Notes under the pieces: generated by a model
What the model was told of the DNA's origin: nothing
Database searches by the model: none
The model's input: only the letters and a program-made list of their open reading frames with translations
Shown here: piece after piece, positions 45,687-58,099 of the stretch
How the letters are laid out: each line of letters starts with the position of its first letter
Numbering within the stretch: the first letter of the stretch is position 1
DNA from: Octopus vulgaris
Taxonomy: Eukaryota
Direction: 5' to 3'
Assembly: GCA_951406725.2 (NCBI GenBank)
Contig: OX597828.1
Span: forward strand, 63,736,001-63,800,000
DNA: 64,000 nt
Position numbers and translations under genes: made by a program

Positions 45687-47071
45687 ATACAATATATATA
45701 TTATATAAATATACTGTATATAACATATATATGCATATATATATATATATATATATACTATACATATACAATATATATATACAGTATATATACTATATAT
45801 ATATCCAATATATATACATATATATACATATACAATATATATCTACAATATATATACACAGATTTATATATATATATATACGCATACATATACATATATA
45901 CATACATACACACATATTACACATAGATAGATAGATAGATGATACATACATACAAGACGGGGGAAATAGGAAATGGATGGAGATGAAGAAAGAGTATATC
46001 ACGTGTGTGTGTGTGTTCGTAGACGTCATTATGCGTTCGTGTATAATGTGTGTGAGGAAGAGAAAGAAGAGGAGGTGATTGTGATAGGTAGATAGATAAC
46101 AAATGTCGATGACATTTCACGGTGCGTATGAGAGTGTGTGCGCGCGCGTGCGTGTGTCACTGCTTAAGTGAGGCTACGTTCCATTACGATCCGTCTGCTA
46201 TCATCATCAGAGAGGTTAAAGATAATATGAGAGAGGATTAGCTGCATCCTTTAATCACACTCTAAACTCTATGTAACCGAAAACTTCCGTATCAAATCTA
46301 TGTTGAAATGAGACATGTCATGTAGTACATATGTCTGGCAGTCGAGAGCGTCGCTGATTATTCTCGAATGATCCACCAAACAGGGTTTTGATGACACACG
46401 CATGGTTGGCCGATAATTGATCATCGACATTTTTTTCATATGCCCGTGTAGTTTACCAGCTTACCTCGTAGGCACGCGGTTTTCGGTTCAATCCGACAGC
46501 GTGACATCTTGGACAAAGTGTCTTCTACTGTAACTTCTATCCGACCAAAGACTTGGGGATGGATTTCGTTTACAGACGGCCCATTGTGTGTGTGTGGTTA
46601 TTATACATCTAAATTTGCCAGTCTCCGCCGAGTTCCCCCAAGGCCTGTCCTATCCACGACACGGACAGTAATAGAATACTTTAGAAAAGAGAGAGAGCGT
46701 TGCATTCAGCAGTTTCGGTCCTATATTAGCCCAAAGTGCCAAGAAGGGGTTCTGTGAGTAGCGGAGAGATTTTTCCTCTGAACAAAACAACACAAAAACA
46801 AATAATAGAATACAAGAAAGAGAGGATCTCAAAATCCGTTGGGAAAATTCCTTTAAAGTCAATGTAACCTTTGAAGTTTCTGCCTGCTCCATAGTTCAGT
46901 GACACCACCTTTTATACAAATAATGATGCTGAAATGTTCAAGAAATTAATATTGTTGGTAGTGGGGTTAACACACACACACACACGCACATATATATATA
47001 TATATATACACATATATACACACATATCTATAATATAAATTGGATATGGGCGATCGTTGTATTCTTTCTTG

Positions 47072-47114
<43 letters not shown>

Positions 47115-47214
47115 ACACACATATACATACACACGCACGTCCTGAGATATTGAAAAAAGTAACCAAATACTCAGTTTGACTTAAGCTCAACGCTGACGCA
47201 ATACCGTAATATAT

Positions 47215-47254
<40 letters not shown>

Positions 47255-47924
47255 ATACACTTTCACACGTAAGTGTAAACGTAGACACACACTCCTACGT
47301 AAGTATACACACTATATATATATATATATATTATATATATATATGTGCATGCATACGCGCACACACACATAATTGCATGAACAAACACATCTATTTTATT
47401 CTCGTATGCTTGTTCATGGGTGCATTAATGGTTAACTCCTGCACATTCCCGTTGCTAAAAATAACTTCCAGACCAATGAAATACATTTAAAACTTATTTA
47501 CAATTATTTTCAAGTATATCTTGATGCAGTTGTTTATGTCACCGACGTCTAAAATTGGCGCCGCGTTGACTCGAAATGCAATGCGCTTTCTTAGCAAAAG
47601 AAGACGTCACCATTCTTATAGAGACAAGTTTATTGACATCAATTTTCCTTCTGTAAACAATTCTGTTGTTCCTGTTGTATTAATGAGATGCTCACACTTT
47701 TAAAATTTTACGGTGAAGATCAAGTATCTGGGTAAGTCTGTTAGCAGTAAAAGTAAAAGAAATGTGACGTTTCGGAGCGTCCCCCGTCATCCTAGAGAAA
47801 TATACACACATACACACACACACACACACATATACATATATACACAACTACAACTGCCACAGCTGCTGCCAGTAAAGGCACTCACCATCCATTATTCATA
47901 TTCCATATTTTCTTTCTTTAGATG

Positions 47925-48220
47925 CTGCGTCCAGAATATAGAACGTAGGTGATCATGCCCGGCCACAATTCTCTGTTCCTATTTCTGATATTTAATACGA
48001 CTTTCTTCCAACCAGTTCGTTTGTTGAACTTGACATCCGTAGCATCCTTCCCTTTTCTCTGCTTCTTATCCCTTCAATCTTTCCCGGTCATCGCTAAATT
48101 TTCCAGGCCCACATCCCTCATCACTTGAACAAGAAATCTCAGTTGCTTAGCCCTTATTTCGCAAAGCAGTTTCTCATTTACCGCATCCCATGCCATCACT
48201 TCTTCATATATTCTCTGCTA
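47925..48220 (-). mobile_element. Decayed RTE-like LINE 3' end
   Basis: Minus-strand peptide EEVM...EIRAKQLRFLVQVMRDVGLENLAMTGKIEGIRSR matches the recalled RTE pattern QLxFxGHxxRxxxLExxxxxGxIEGxRxRGR. Confidence 0.7.
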
Positions 48221-48439
48221 CGGGAACCAAAATTATATCAAAGAGAGAAAACATAAAACGGAACCTAATGTGTTACACCTTCACAACAAAGTGACAAATA
48301 TGTTGGAGGTGGCGGTGATGTTGTTGCCGTTGGTGTTGTCAGTTGTGAGAATGGTGTTCGTGTTGTTGTTGTTGCTGGTGAAGGCTTCATGGTGGTTCTA
48401 GTAGTGTACTGTGGGTGTTGGTGGTGATTGTTTTTGTAA

Positions 48440-48492
<53 letters not shown>

Positions 48493-49659
48493 CTGGTGGT
48501 GGTGGTGGTGGTGGTGGTGGTGGTGGTGATGGTAGTGGCTGTGTTGCTGGTGTTGGTGATACTGCTTAGTGGTGGCGTTGGTGGTGATGGTAATGTTTGT
48601 TGTGAGTCGTGGAAGTGTTCGTAGTGGTGACACTGTTTGTTGTTGTTGTTGCGGTGGTGGTAGTGGTGGGTGAGGTCAAGGCCAATGACCTTCCTGACGC
48701 CAAAAAATTGGACGACAATCATTGTTCTTTTTTCTTCTTCATGTAATGGGGAGGGAGAATGTTGTTGTCGTTGTTGTTGAGGCAAGGACCGCAAATATTT
48801 GAGAAAAAAATACCAAACAGAACAAAAATGTTCAAAAAATATGTAAACAAAACAATCAAGAAATGTCAAACATAAGAACGGATTATCTCCAACACCGCCA
48901 ACAACTCCACAACCATCAAAACCCCAAGCACCGCCGCCGACACCTCTTCCTTCCCTTCCAGGTACACCTTCCCTACGAAAAGAGGTACTCATCACTAATG
49001 CTTGAGTACATCACTTGAAGTTTAAGGGAAGCGCAAGGTGGGCGGTGGGGGATGCTAAAGTGAAGAGGAGGCGGTAATTGTGTGGGGACGGGCATGGATG
49101 GGAGGGATGTACAGTGATATGACACGACCGCTTGACTGGTTGACCGATTCTGTGGTTAAAGATCCGGACGTAGTGTCAGATGTAGTTTTAATTGCTATAC
49201 ACACTCTACTTTATATATACATATATATATACATATATATATACATTTATATATATACATATACATATACATTTATATATACATATATACACACTCTGTG
49301 TATGTGTGTGTGTGTGTGTGTGTGTGCGTGTGCGCGTGCAAACACGCGCACAAACAGACACATGCACTGATATAAACGGACGCTTATAGCCACGCAAACA
49401 CATATCCACGTTGATGTGTGCAAGCTTAGACTCAAGCAAGCATCATTTCGTGGTTTGGTGTTAAGTTTTGGTGGTGGGGGGGGGGGGAATTTCCTCTTCT
49501 CCCAAGACCTCTATCTATTCCCACTCTTTCTCTTTCCCCCAACTCCGCCCTCCAAAGTACCTCAGCCTCATCTCTCTTTCACTCTTTCTTTGTGTCTCTT
49601 TTCACTCTCTTCCTTTCTTTGATCTCTTTAACTTCGTTGTCTTGTTTATAAATATGTGA

Positions 49660-49695
<36 letters not shown>

Positions 49696-49699
49696 ATTA

Positions 49700-49920
49700 G
49701 TTACCTTTTAGTAGCGCTTAAACCAGCAATATCCGCCCAAATACCTGACTTGTTTTACGTTTTCAAACCAGCCAGATATGGCTTCTCACACCTATCCTAC
49801 AATATCCTTCAAAAAGTAAAGAACTGCATCATTGATATTTCAAAGTTAGATAATCCATGACCAATTCAAAACAATGTGAAGAAATAAGCATTCGATTTTG
49901 CCAGAATAACCTGAATGCTC
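49700..49920. mobile_element. Diverged piggyBac-like MITE (abundant cephalopod repeat)
   Basis: ttaccttttagtagcgcttaaaccagc...ctcacacctatcctacaat...aattcaaaacaatgtgaagaaataagcatt...ctgaatgct, recalled family. The right TIR is eroded. Confidence 0.45.
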
Positions 49921-50231
49921 CAGAATCCAAGAGAGGAATCTATAAAATGCCTGGAAATGCACAGCTGCTGCGAATGTGGTTGGTGTCAGTGTTCTGTGGT
50001 TGTCAAAGTGAAACGAAAGAGAGTTTGGGTGAGTTGCTTTGGTGGAAAGTGAAACGTTCCCAAAACGTTGTTCGTTGTGCGAAACTGGACCAGCGCCAAA
50101 TCTATATAAAACAACCCTCACAGTCAATGCATTAGCTGCATTGGGAAATGTAAATGGACAACAAGTTCTATATTAACTGTACAGTTCCAAGCTGTATTAT
50201 GTTGTTCACATGCAATCCCCCCACACACATA

Positions 50232-50288
<57 letters not shown>

Positions 50289-50309
50289 CAGCAGAAAATT
50301 CAACAAAAT

Positions 50310-50347
50310 CTGTTACTCTGAGTTTCTCGTTGCCGTTCATCAGACAG
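50310..50347 (-). ncRNA. Hammerhead-ribozyme-like motif in a short insert between (TA)n tracts
   Basis: Minus strand cugu-CUGAUGA-acggcaacga-GAAA-CUC-A-GAG-UA-acag: perfect stem I, canonical core, quasi-palindromic stem III, weakened stem II. Confidence 0.65.
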
Positions 50348-51060
50348 TTTTTGCTAGAAATATATATATATATTTATATACATACACGTGCGTTTGTGTA
50401 TGCGTGTGTGTTTGTGTGTGAGTGTGTGAGCAAGACGAACATTGAAAGTCCTTTGTAACACTTTTCTCGTAAAAGTCCCACGAGTATTCATTCATTCAAT
50501 GAAAAAGTATGGAGTAATGGATCAGTTTAACGTTTAATTGTTTTTACATGTAACTTCACAACGTCTTAAATCTTCGAAAAATGATGCAAAGCTACTCTAA
50601 CATGCTCAATGAAATATTAAAGGCGTGTGTCCGACAGAAATGTCACACACTTGAAAACCAAAGATTATTTCATATAAAATGCGCGTACGTGCCTGAGTAT
50701 TCCACTCATACAATCACCACAACACAGTAAAGAGACAAGGATGGACCTTTAAGTCTTCCTAAATGCAGTTCTTTCGCATAGTTTCTAACTCAATAATTCC
50801 ACTGACGAGGCTCGAGTTGATCTGATGCCAGGATACCACTCGCGACGTCATGTTTGAAATACAAAGTTCTTTAACTATCTATTCGGCGTGCACGCGCGCG
50901 CGCACACACACATAAAATACACACATACACACGAAAACACACTCATACAATACGTACACACACACACCACATATACGGCGACACATTGGCGTATACACTC
51001 ACATACATACACATGAGATACACAAACACACAAGCAAGCACATACAACGACAAAGTACAA

Positions 51061-51397
51061 GGTTGTTGGCTGGCTGGTTGGTTGGTTGGTTGGTTGGTTG
51101 GTTGGTTGATTGGTTGGTTGGTTGGTTGGTTGGTTGGTTGGTTGGTTGGTTGGTTGGTTGGGTGGTTGGTTGATTGGTTGGTTGGTTGGTTGGTTGGTTG
51201 GTTGGTTGGTTGGTTGGTTGGTTGGTTGGGTGGTTGGTTCGTTGGTTGGTTGGTTGGTTGGTTCGTTGGTTGGTTGGTTGGTTGGTTGGTTGGGTGGTTG
51301 GTTGGTTGGTTGGTTGGTTGGTTGGTTGGTTGGTTGGTTGGTTGGTTGGTTGGTTGGTTGGTTGGTTGGTTGGTTGGTTGGTTGGTTGGTTGGTTGG
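51061..51397. repeat. (GGTT)n tetranucleotide tract
   Basis: Direct reading, about 340 bp. Confidence 0.95.
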
Positions 51398-51540
51398 TGT
51401 GTCGAGATAAATGTGAGACGAACGTATATATTTACCTTGTGGTTTTGGAGCGATGGTTCGGGGACTGAGGGATAAATTTCTCTCTAGGAGAGTGTGTGAA
51501 TATATAGTATGTGTGTGTGTATCTATCTATCTATCTATAT

Positions 51541-51572
<32 letters not shown>

Positions 51573-51968
51573 CATACATACATACATATGTATATATACA
51601 TATACACACACGGTCACACACACACGTGTAAATCTTGGTAGTAAGTTGTACAAACACATATAAAACACAAACAGGCTTTGGACATATTTCCAGTCTATAT
51701 ACATATATGCACGTGCTTCAGTTTTGATTCCGTTTAACCATGACGGTACTGATAACCATTGCTAAAAATCAATATTGTTTTATATACATCCATATATATT
51801 GACACACACATACACGCACACACATACCCATGAACACACACATGTATATGTATATATGTGTGTGTATATATATATATATGTGTGTGTGTGTGTATATATA
51901 TGTATATCTGTATATATATGTGTGTGTGCGTGTGTGTATACATATATGTGTGTGTGTGTGTGTGTGTA

Positions 51969-52071
51969 TGAGGAGTGTATGAAAAGTCTTGAGCTTTCAA
52001 GGCCTTTGAGCCTTAATGACTTGTACCATGTTTTGCTTTCTTGAAGTTCAAAACTTTTCCTACACCCCTTA
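51969..52071. mobile_element. Short Tc1/mariner-type MITE
   Basis: Imperfect TIRs of about 33 bp (tgaggagtgtatgaaaagtcttgagctttcaag / cttgaagttcaaaacttttcctacacccctta) flanked by TA on both sides. Confidence 0.75.
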
Positions 52072-52092
52072 TATATGTGTGTATATGTACAC

Positions 52093-52163
<71 letters not shown>

Positions 52164-52595
52164 TATATAAGTGTGTGTGTGTGTATGCGTATGTCGACAA
52201 ATAATATATATATATATACATACATATATGTACACTCTATTCATATACAAGCATATTTATTTTCAATAAAAGCTGTGCGACAGTTCACACAACTGACTAT
52301 ACACACCCCCCTGTATACACATGTACCAGTGAACCTTTAAACCTCAGCGATGACAGCTCATGCATATATTTCACACAGATTGAAAGCAGATCAAGGCAAT
52401 GCTTTCTTAATGTTACACAAGTGCTGTAAGAGTCGTTAACAGTGGAGTCTCTGTAAGGAAAACAATATAATGTACACAATACAAACACCGGAACGACACA
52501 CACGCATTATCTGGGGTTTGGCGTCGTCTAATAACGACAAAGGAATCGCACTTCGGCGATGGCCGTTGTATCGCTCTACACTTGAAAGATGATCG

Positions 52596-52658
<63 letters not shown>

Positions 52659-52857
52659 ATATCTATCTATCTTATCTATTCATCCATCCATCCATCCATC
52701 CAACCGTACACACACATACGTCTATATGAAATCTCTCTCTCTCGCTATATATATATATATATATATATATACATACATACATACATGTATTTATATGTGT
52801 GTATATATATATGAATATATATATATATATATATATATATGAGTATATATGTATATA

Positions 52858-52898
<41 letters not shown>

Positions 52899-53973
52899 AG
52901 GCACACACACACACATGTGTGTGTATTTGTGCAAACCCCCTCTCTCTCCACCCGCACCATTCGTACCACATGACAGCAGGAAGATGAGCCGTGAAAGGAT
53001 GTCGTGTTAAACGCACTCAACCTGTCGCAGCCTCAGACAAACATACACAAGATACGGTTGTTGTTGTTGTTGTGGTTGTTATTCTGCTTCTTGCTGCTGT
53101 TGTTGTTGTTGTTGTTATTGTTGTTGTTGATGATGATAGTGGTGGTGGTGGTGGTGGTAAATGCTATCTTGATGATATTATAGGTGATAGTGATGATGTT
53201 TGTGATGATGACGACGATGATGATGCTCTAAGCTTGGGAGTACATACATACATGCATACACGGACATACACACATATACACATACATGCAACGTTACACA
53301 TGTATAGACACACATACATGTGATACTGTTTGCTTGGCAATGTAGAATTTGCTGTTGTTGATGATGATGATAATGAAGAGTAGGAGTGGGAAGAGAGGAG
53401 GATGTGGTTATGTATATAATGAAGATGAACGATAAATAATTAACAAAAATGTCGATGATGATGATGACAGGGTGGTGGTAAGGGTGAACCGGTTAATTTC
53501 TGCTTGTGAAGTGCCCCATAGTGCCACATGGGGGACCTGCCTTTACGAGGTGACCATAGTGCCACATGGAGAACCTGCCTTTACGAGGTGATGCAGCTTG
53601 CTTAAATATAGCAGTCAGTTCTCCCTCAAACAAGATACTTCACAGCTTTAAAAAAGAAATATGGCTAGCTGGAAAAATGTGGTACTGGATGGCCATAATT
53701 GGAATGCTTTTCATAATTGATCTCGTTCGGAATTGTCCTGTGCGTAAACACCACCACCACCACCACCACCACCACTACCACCACCACTACCCCCTAACTA
53801 CTACCACCACCACCACTACTAGTGCCACCACCTGTCTGATTTTCGAGTCAACAAAGGCGTCTCTTTATGATCGTTGCATCAGCTAGAAATAGCAACCAAA
53901 TCTCTCACACATAACACCCTACTATCTTAAAAGCAAAAAGACACGCTGGCTGCTGCAGTTGCTGCTGCTGCTG

Positions 53974-54028
<55 letters not shown>

Positions 54029-55797
54029 ATTTCTCCGACGTCTCTCCCAGACTAAGCGAACACGCTACCGACAACCCCTGACCCACTGACAAACCTACAG
54101 CTACAACAACAACAACCCCAGATAATAACGAAGGCCAATGAACAACGCTTCCTGTTATTCTGCACGTTATAATACATTGTATTGGCGTATCGTCTTCCAT
54201 CTCTTCCGCCATCTTACACACACGCACGCACACACACACAGACACACGCACACACACACGCTCGTACATTTGTCACAGAGACTAGTATACAAATACGTAC
54301 GTACAGACATACATTCATATATATACACACACACACACGCTATACATATATAGATGTACACACACATCCATTTACAAATGACAGTAACCAACACACACGT
54401 ATTTGCATGCTTATACTCATACTTGCAATCACACCAGTACACACACATAATTATTATCAAGGAGAGCAAAGTGAACAAAGTATTTTATTATATTAATTTA
54501 CAATTGTTTCATCGTCATTCGAAGTCAAGTGTATTGCTTTATTATTATATGAGAGCTGCAACAATTGACTCGAAGTGTATCGTTATACCGATACAATTGG
54601 ATGCCGTCTCATCAGAATTCTGTATATAATCCATCTGCTACAGAAAACTTGCATTATCACGAACTGATATGTATATAGCCAGTGGGTGTGTTTGTATAAA
54701 CAAATTTGCATATCACTAATAAATCCAAGAAAAGCAAAAATAATAAATAATAAATACAAAATGTCAGCCACTTCTAAATTCTTGCAGCCACATTCCCACA
54801 GGCTCAAAGACGCCAAGTTAGATACTGATGTGGAAGATGGACAAAGATAAAGGTATCAATGCATTACATAGCACGCCTCACAAACCAATGAGAGGAAGGG
54901 AGTTGTAAGAGGAATTTCTATGCACACAGAATTCCCGTGTTTTTTTTTTAAATATAAAATCCTTGAAAAGAACGAGTTAAAGATTCTGAAATATGTAAAT
55001 ATAAACTGAAAACGATCAAAATTGTATTTTTTCATTCCTGCATTTATGGTTATGAACACAGTCAAAATATCCAAATCATAGAACGTTCCATTGTAAATCA
55101 ATTAAATTCATAATTTTAAGATAACATCACGTGGGTGCTCTAGGATGCATCGTCAGTGATGTTACGTGTGTTTGTGTTTGTCTATAAATATATGTGTGTG
55201 CGTCTGTGTGTGTGTGTGTGTAATTCTGTTTAACCATCTTCAGGGATGGGTATTAGATGTTGAATGGATTCATTAATCGTCCTCCGTTAAGTATTTTGTG
55301 GAAGTTTAGCCACTCGTATGGTTGCATCCCTACAATTAATAGGGACTCGGCTTCAGCCGGTTTCCATGGCGTATAAATGAAATGAGATGACAATGCATTC
55401 CCCCCGAACGAGACGCCACCCCTTCACATTGTTAACTTTCCAGCCTTTATTGGAACTCATTTACAGCCGAGTGAACTGGGGCAAAGGGGAAATTAAGTAT
55501 TTTGCTCGAGAACAGAATGCACACTGCCTGCTGCAAGAATCGAAACCACTCTCTTACAATCGTGAGTTCAACACCGTAACCACTAGCTTGAACGAGCGTT
55601 TTTATAAGCTTTCTCGATTATCAGTCTTCCCAAATTTCACAAAATTAGTTTCAACACAATTTTAGTTTTAGATCAAAATAATTGCAAAACGAGTTTAAAA
55701 CAAAAATCATTTTGTATCAGTTTAGAAGGAAACCAATATTGATAACTTGTATCTTATACAATGATGACGATGATGGTGGTGGTGGTGGTGGTGGTGG

Positions 55798-55839
<42 letters not shown>

Positions 55840-55861
55840 ATTGTTTTTTTATGTTTTTCAG

Positions 55862-56075
55862 GCGTCTGGAGAACCTCATCTGTTATACGCTATTTATCAA
55901 AGTATGATCGCTGCTTACCTGGTGTTTCTCTCCATCTACAGCGGTTTCGCCTCAAAACATGGAGTGAAAGTATTCATCTATTTCACATACTGGAATCTCT
56001 ATTTATGTAGTTTGACGTTTATTATGAAAGCCTATCACGCCTGGCAATTCTATCAGAAATATAGGGACAACAAAG
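55862..56075 (+). CDS. rost: Internal coding exon of a rolling-stone-like (Rost / FAR-17a-AIG1-like) multi-pass membrane protein
   Basis: Pyrimidine-rich acceptor ttatgtttttcAG ending at 55861 and donor AAAG|GTGAGT at 56076. The 214-nt stop-free frame reads ASGEPHLLYAIYQSMIAAYLVFLSIYSGFASKHGVKVFIYFTYWNLYLCSLTFIMKAYHAWQFYQKYRDNK, with two hydrophobic helices and a KxFIY(F/L)TxW motif recalled from rolling stone proteins. Other exons were not identified. Confidence 0.75.
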
Positions 56076-57001
56076 GTGAGTAAAGAAGTCTTTTTCTTTT
56101 GATGGGAGGGTGGTAGGGTGACTTTGTTTTTGTCACCGCTTTTGTTGTTGTTGCTGTTGTTTGGCCCCACCAGGTATCTCAGATTCAGCACTCGAGATAC
56201 ATGCCGTAACCCGCTCATTACAGATGTCGACACCGCCGCCCATAAAAGTTGAATGAATCACCTACACTCAAATGATATATAGTCCGTTTCTTAGCATCAA
56301 ACTCGCAGTTTGGGAAGTCAACGTAACTGTTTCACCGACTCATCTGTCATGTGACAAGAGGCTTTTTTTTCACCCCTTTATAAGTCAGAAACTGAATTAA
56401 CGAGACACCTATTATCGCCAAACTCGCTTCCAATACAGCTGCCGTCACTTCACTTAATGACTCTTCGTTTAAGACCACCATTGTGTGTGTGTGTGTGTGT
56501 GTGTTTACCTCGTTACCCGACAAAAGGTCACGTACGGATTTTCGTAAGATTCCTAACTTGTTGATGACTCTCTCGAAGAAAGATTAGTTTGTCTCAACTA
56601 ACAACTTGTCTCAAATGATTTGCTTTAAAACATCTGAAATATTTGCTTTAACTTGTCTGAACGAACCTTTCAATGCGTGTCAACTGATCAACTCGACTAA
56701 CCACTTGTCTCAATAGTAGCCATTTCTCTTGGCTTATCTCGACTCTCGTCACAATTAAAAATACTCGTCTCACTTAATTCATTTGTCTCAGTTGTTCAGG
56801 AACAAGCGACATTATTCTTACTGTGAGCAGTTTGTATTTAATACACAAGTTGTTGCTATTGCTGGTTTTAAAAGTAGCCAGCTTAGCTTGATCAGGCTTT
56901 GGACGCATCCCTATGGACTCCACTTAAGTTACACAAAAAGGCGTTAAACTGACGACCAGTGAAGTCTTTCCCACGTGGATTTTGACGAGAGTGTATCAAT
57001 A

Positions 57002-57280
57002 GGTAAAGACCCCCTTTGGTCATGAATGACCATGGGATTGCACCTAGAAAGTTCCCTTCCGAGGCACAAGTGCGGGCAAGATTGTTTATGGAAGACCAGC
57101 AGTCGTCCCTGCATACCAGCTACCCCACTCCACGCCATCGATGTTACTCAAGGGAAAGGCAAAAGCTGATACAACTTGACGTCGCTGATCATTTCTACAA
57201 CTGAGTGAACTAGAACAACATGAAATAAAGTGTCTTGCTCAAGAACGCAACACACAGCCTTGTCCGGGAAATGAACTACG
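57002..57280 (-). mobile_element. tRNA-derived SINE with a ...catgaccaaagggggtctttac tail
   Basis: Same family as 8383-8645 (-) and 26828-27068 (+); shared motifs tgcacctagaaagtt and aagtgtcttgctcaagaac. Confidence 0.7.
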
Positions 57281-57774
57281 AAAAAACAAATAAATTATGC
57301 GTGTGCTGGAGGTAGTAAGAAAGTATTAACACCTTGACTGGAGATCCTTGTCCTCATCTTTGGATCTACTCACTGACGATGTACTGCGTGAATGAAACTG
57401 GACGAGAGGAACTCGAGTGGAATGATTTCGGTCATCGAAGATTTGTGCTGGTCCGTAGCTAAACAGTTACGACACTAGAGAGACCTGATACGCGATTATA
57501 AGACCAGTAAGAAATAGCAGCAGGAACAGGACAATTCAGATGACAATGTGCACCCCTTTCACACCCCATTTAGAGGTTATGAGAGTATTTGAAGGGCCAG
57601 GTTTCCGATTTACTCGCTGTTTATTATTGGTTTCAGCCATTAGCTTGCGGTCATGCTGGAGCAGCATAGCCAAAGATTTGTAATCAACAATAACGTTGTC
57701 AGGTGCATATTTTATTGATCACATGTGAATGGGAAGAGCTTGTACGTGTGTGTGTGTGTATCTTCTATATTTTA

Positions 57775-58066
57775 TCCTTTACTTCTTAAGTCATTAGACC
57801 ACGGCCATACTGGGGCACTGCTTTGAAGGGTTTTTGTCGAATAGTTCGACCCAGGACTTTTTTAAAGCTTAGTACTTATTCTATCCGTTCCTTTTGGCGA
57901 ACCGTTAAGTTAGGTGGACATAAACACAGCAACACTGGTTGTCAAGCGATGGTGGGAGACGAACAGAGATACAAATACGTATATATACATACATCCATGC
58001 ATGCATGTATGCATACATACATACATACATACATACATACATACATACATACATACATACATACAT

Positions 58067-58099
<33 letters not shown>

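Noticed and set aside
50802-50865. CUGACGA...GAAA hammerhead candidate
   Set aside because: No pairable stem I or III and no UH site after GAAA.
51061-51397. Interstitial telomere
   Set aside because: The unit is GGTT, not TTAGGG.
54601-54690. Possible upstream rost exon ending ...YVYSQW|gtgtgt
   Set aside because: An in-frame TGA lies immediately upstream and the donor is weak.
54761-54850. Short ATG-initiated ORF upstream of the rost-like exon
   Set aside because: It stops after 29 codons with no convincing donor or homology.
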